Origin: Deltaproteobacteria bacterium
GTDB lineage: Bacteria > Desulfobacterota > Deferrimicrobia > Deferrimicrobiales > Deferrimicrobiaceae
Length of the DNA stretch: 15,236 nt
Reading direction: 5' to 3'
Assembly (NCBI GenBank): GCA_020346465.1
Contig: CP070783.1
Coordinates: 1,758,672-1,773,907 of the forward strand
Shown: one piece after another, positions 14,948 to 15,236 of the stretch
Layout of the letters: every line of letters starts with the position of its first letter
Numbering within the stretch: the first letter of the stretch is position 1
The notes under the pieces: model-generated
What the model was told of the DNA's origin: nothing
The model's input: only the letters and a program-made list of their open reading frames with translations
Database searches by the model: none
Made by a program: the position numbers and the translations under genes

Positions 14948-15202
14948 TTAGTCGCACCTTGGCCGCCCATAATGGTGCTGTGAAATCCGCTCGACAATGA
15001 GAGGATCGAGTGATCCAGTAGGGTTGATCCAGCGGATGGAAAAATAGGAAACGAGGAGGATCAAAACGCAAAGTGAAACAGTGCTTATGATATGGCCTGC
15101 AGGGTCTCCGATCTTTGGGGTAATGAGCAGATCTCTCACGCCTCCATTGAGAATTGCGAGAATAAGGAGCAAACCCCAGATAGCGAATGCCCTGAGAATC
15201 AC
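14948..15202 (-). CDS. Small (84 aa) two-TM membrane protein of unknown function in the low-GC segment
   Basis: MILRAFAIWGLLLILAILNGG ... HIISTVSLCVLILLVSYFSIRWI gives two hydrophobic helices. ATG 15202 with AAGGA about 12 nt upstream. The low GC matches the surrounding putative foreign DNA. Confidence 0.4.
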   Translation of the reverse strand: MILRAFAIWGLLLILAILNGGVRDLLITPKIGDPAGHIISTVSLCVLILLVSYFSIRWINPTGSLDPLIVERISQHHYGRPRCD

Positions 15203-15236
15203 CCGTCCGTCCTTATCCCTACCGCATAGTCCGCCC

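Noticed and set aside
14635-15010. tmRNA, RNase P RNA or SRP RNA in the low-GC segment
   Set aside because: A tmRNA-type acceptor would need a C-rich 3' strand, and CGTCGGT is not. No GGATTCGAC-like 5' motif, tag-peptide reading frame or RNase P GGAAAGTCCGG motif was found (only a loose AAGTCGGCAGGGCAGCC resemblance).
1-15236. CRISPR arrays, rRNA genes, insertion sequences with terminal inverted repeats
   Set aside because: No regularly spaced direct repeats, no rRNA-like conserved blocks and no transposase-like ORFs were seen on either strand.

Overview
High-GC (~68%) bacterial chromosomal segment with compact, mostly housekeeping or accessory-metabolic genes. The ORF table is dominated by alternate-frame and antisense ORFs typical of GC-rich DNA; genes were picked by family motifs, RBSs and start/stop coupling. 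Supported genes, left to right: a partial secreted-protein gene (-, runs off the left edge); a tRNA nucleotidyltransferase/poly(A)-polymerase family gene (-); a DUF1992/DnaJ-like gene (-); a macro-domain gene (+); a three-gene minus-strand block of APH-family kinase, divergent CysC-like P-loop kinase and SagB/ThcOx-type FMN dehydrogenase; a GIY-YIG gene (+) coupled to a large GNAT-like plus HDAC/AcuC-like fusion and an AcuB-like CBS-ACT gene; a zinc-ribbon/DUF2007-like small gene (-); an SPFH/band-7 gene with a near-consensus sigma70 promoter; threonine synthase with an N-terminal Cys4 ribbon; YceI; a stand-alone Lrp/AsnC RAM-domain protein (-); a SpoIIM/DUF95 membrane protein; a SOUL/HBP lipoprotein preceded by a 12-bp perfect inverted repeat; and a secreted hypothetical protein. 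The right end holds a 45-nt tRNA 3'-fragment (T-arm, acceptor 3' strand, CCA, anticodon loop U-CGU-AA) on the minus strand. It is followed by an abrupt drop in GC, which suggests the attachment-site junction of an integrated element. No CRISPR, rRNA or complete tRNA was seen. The most system-like candidates are the kinase/CysC-like/SagB-type cassette and the acuA-acuC fusion with acuB module.
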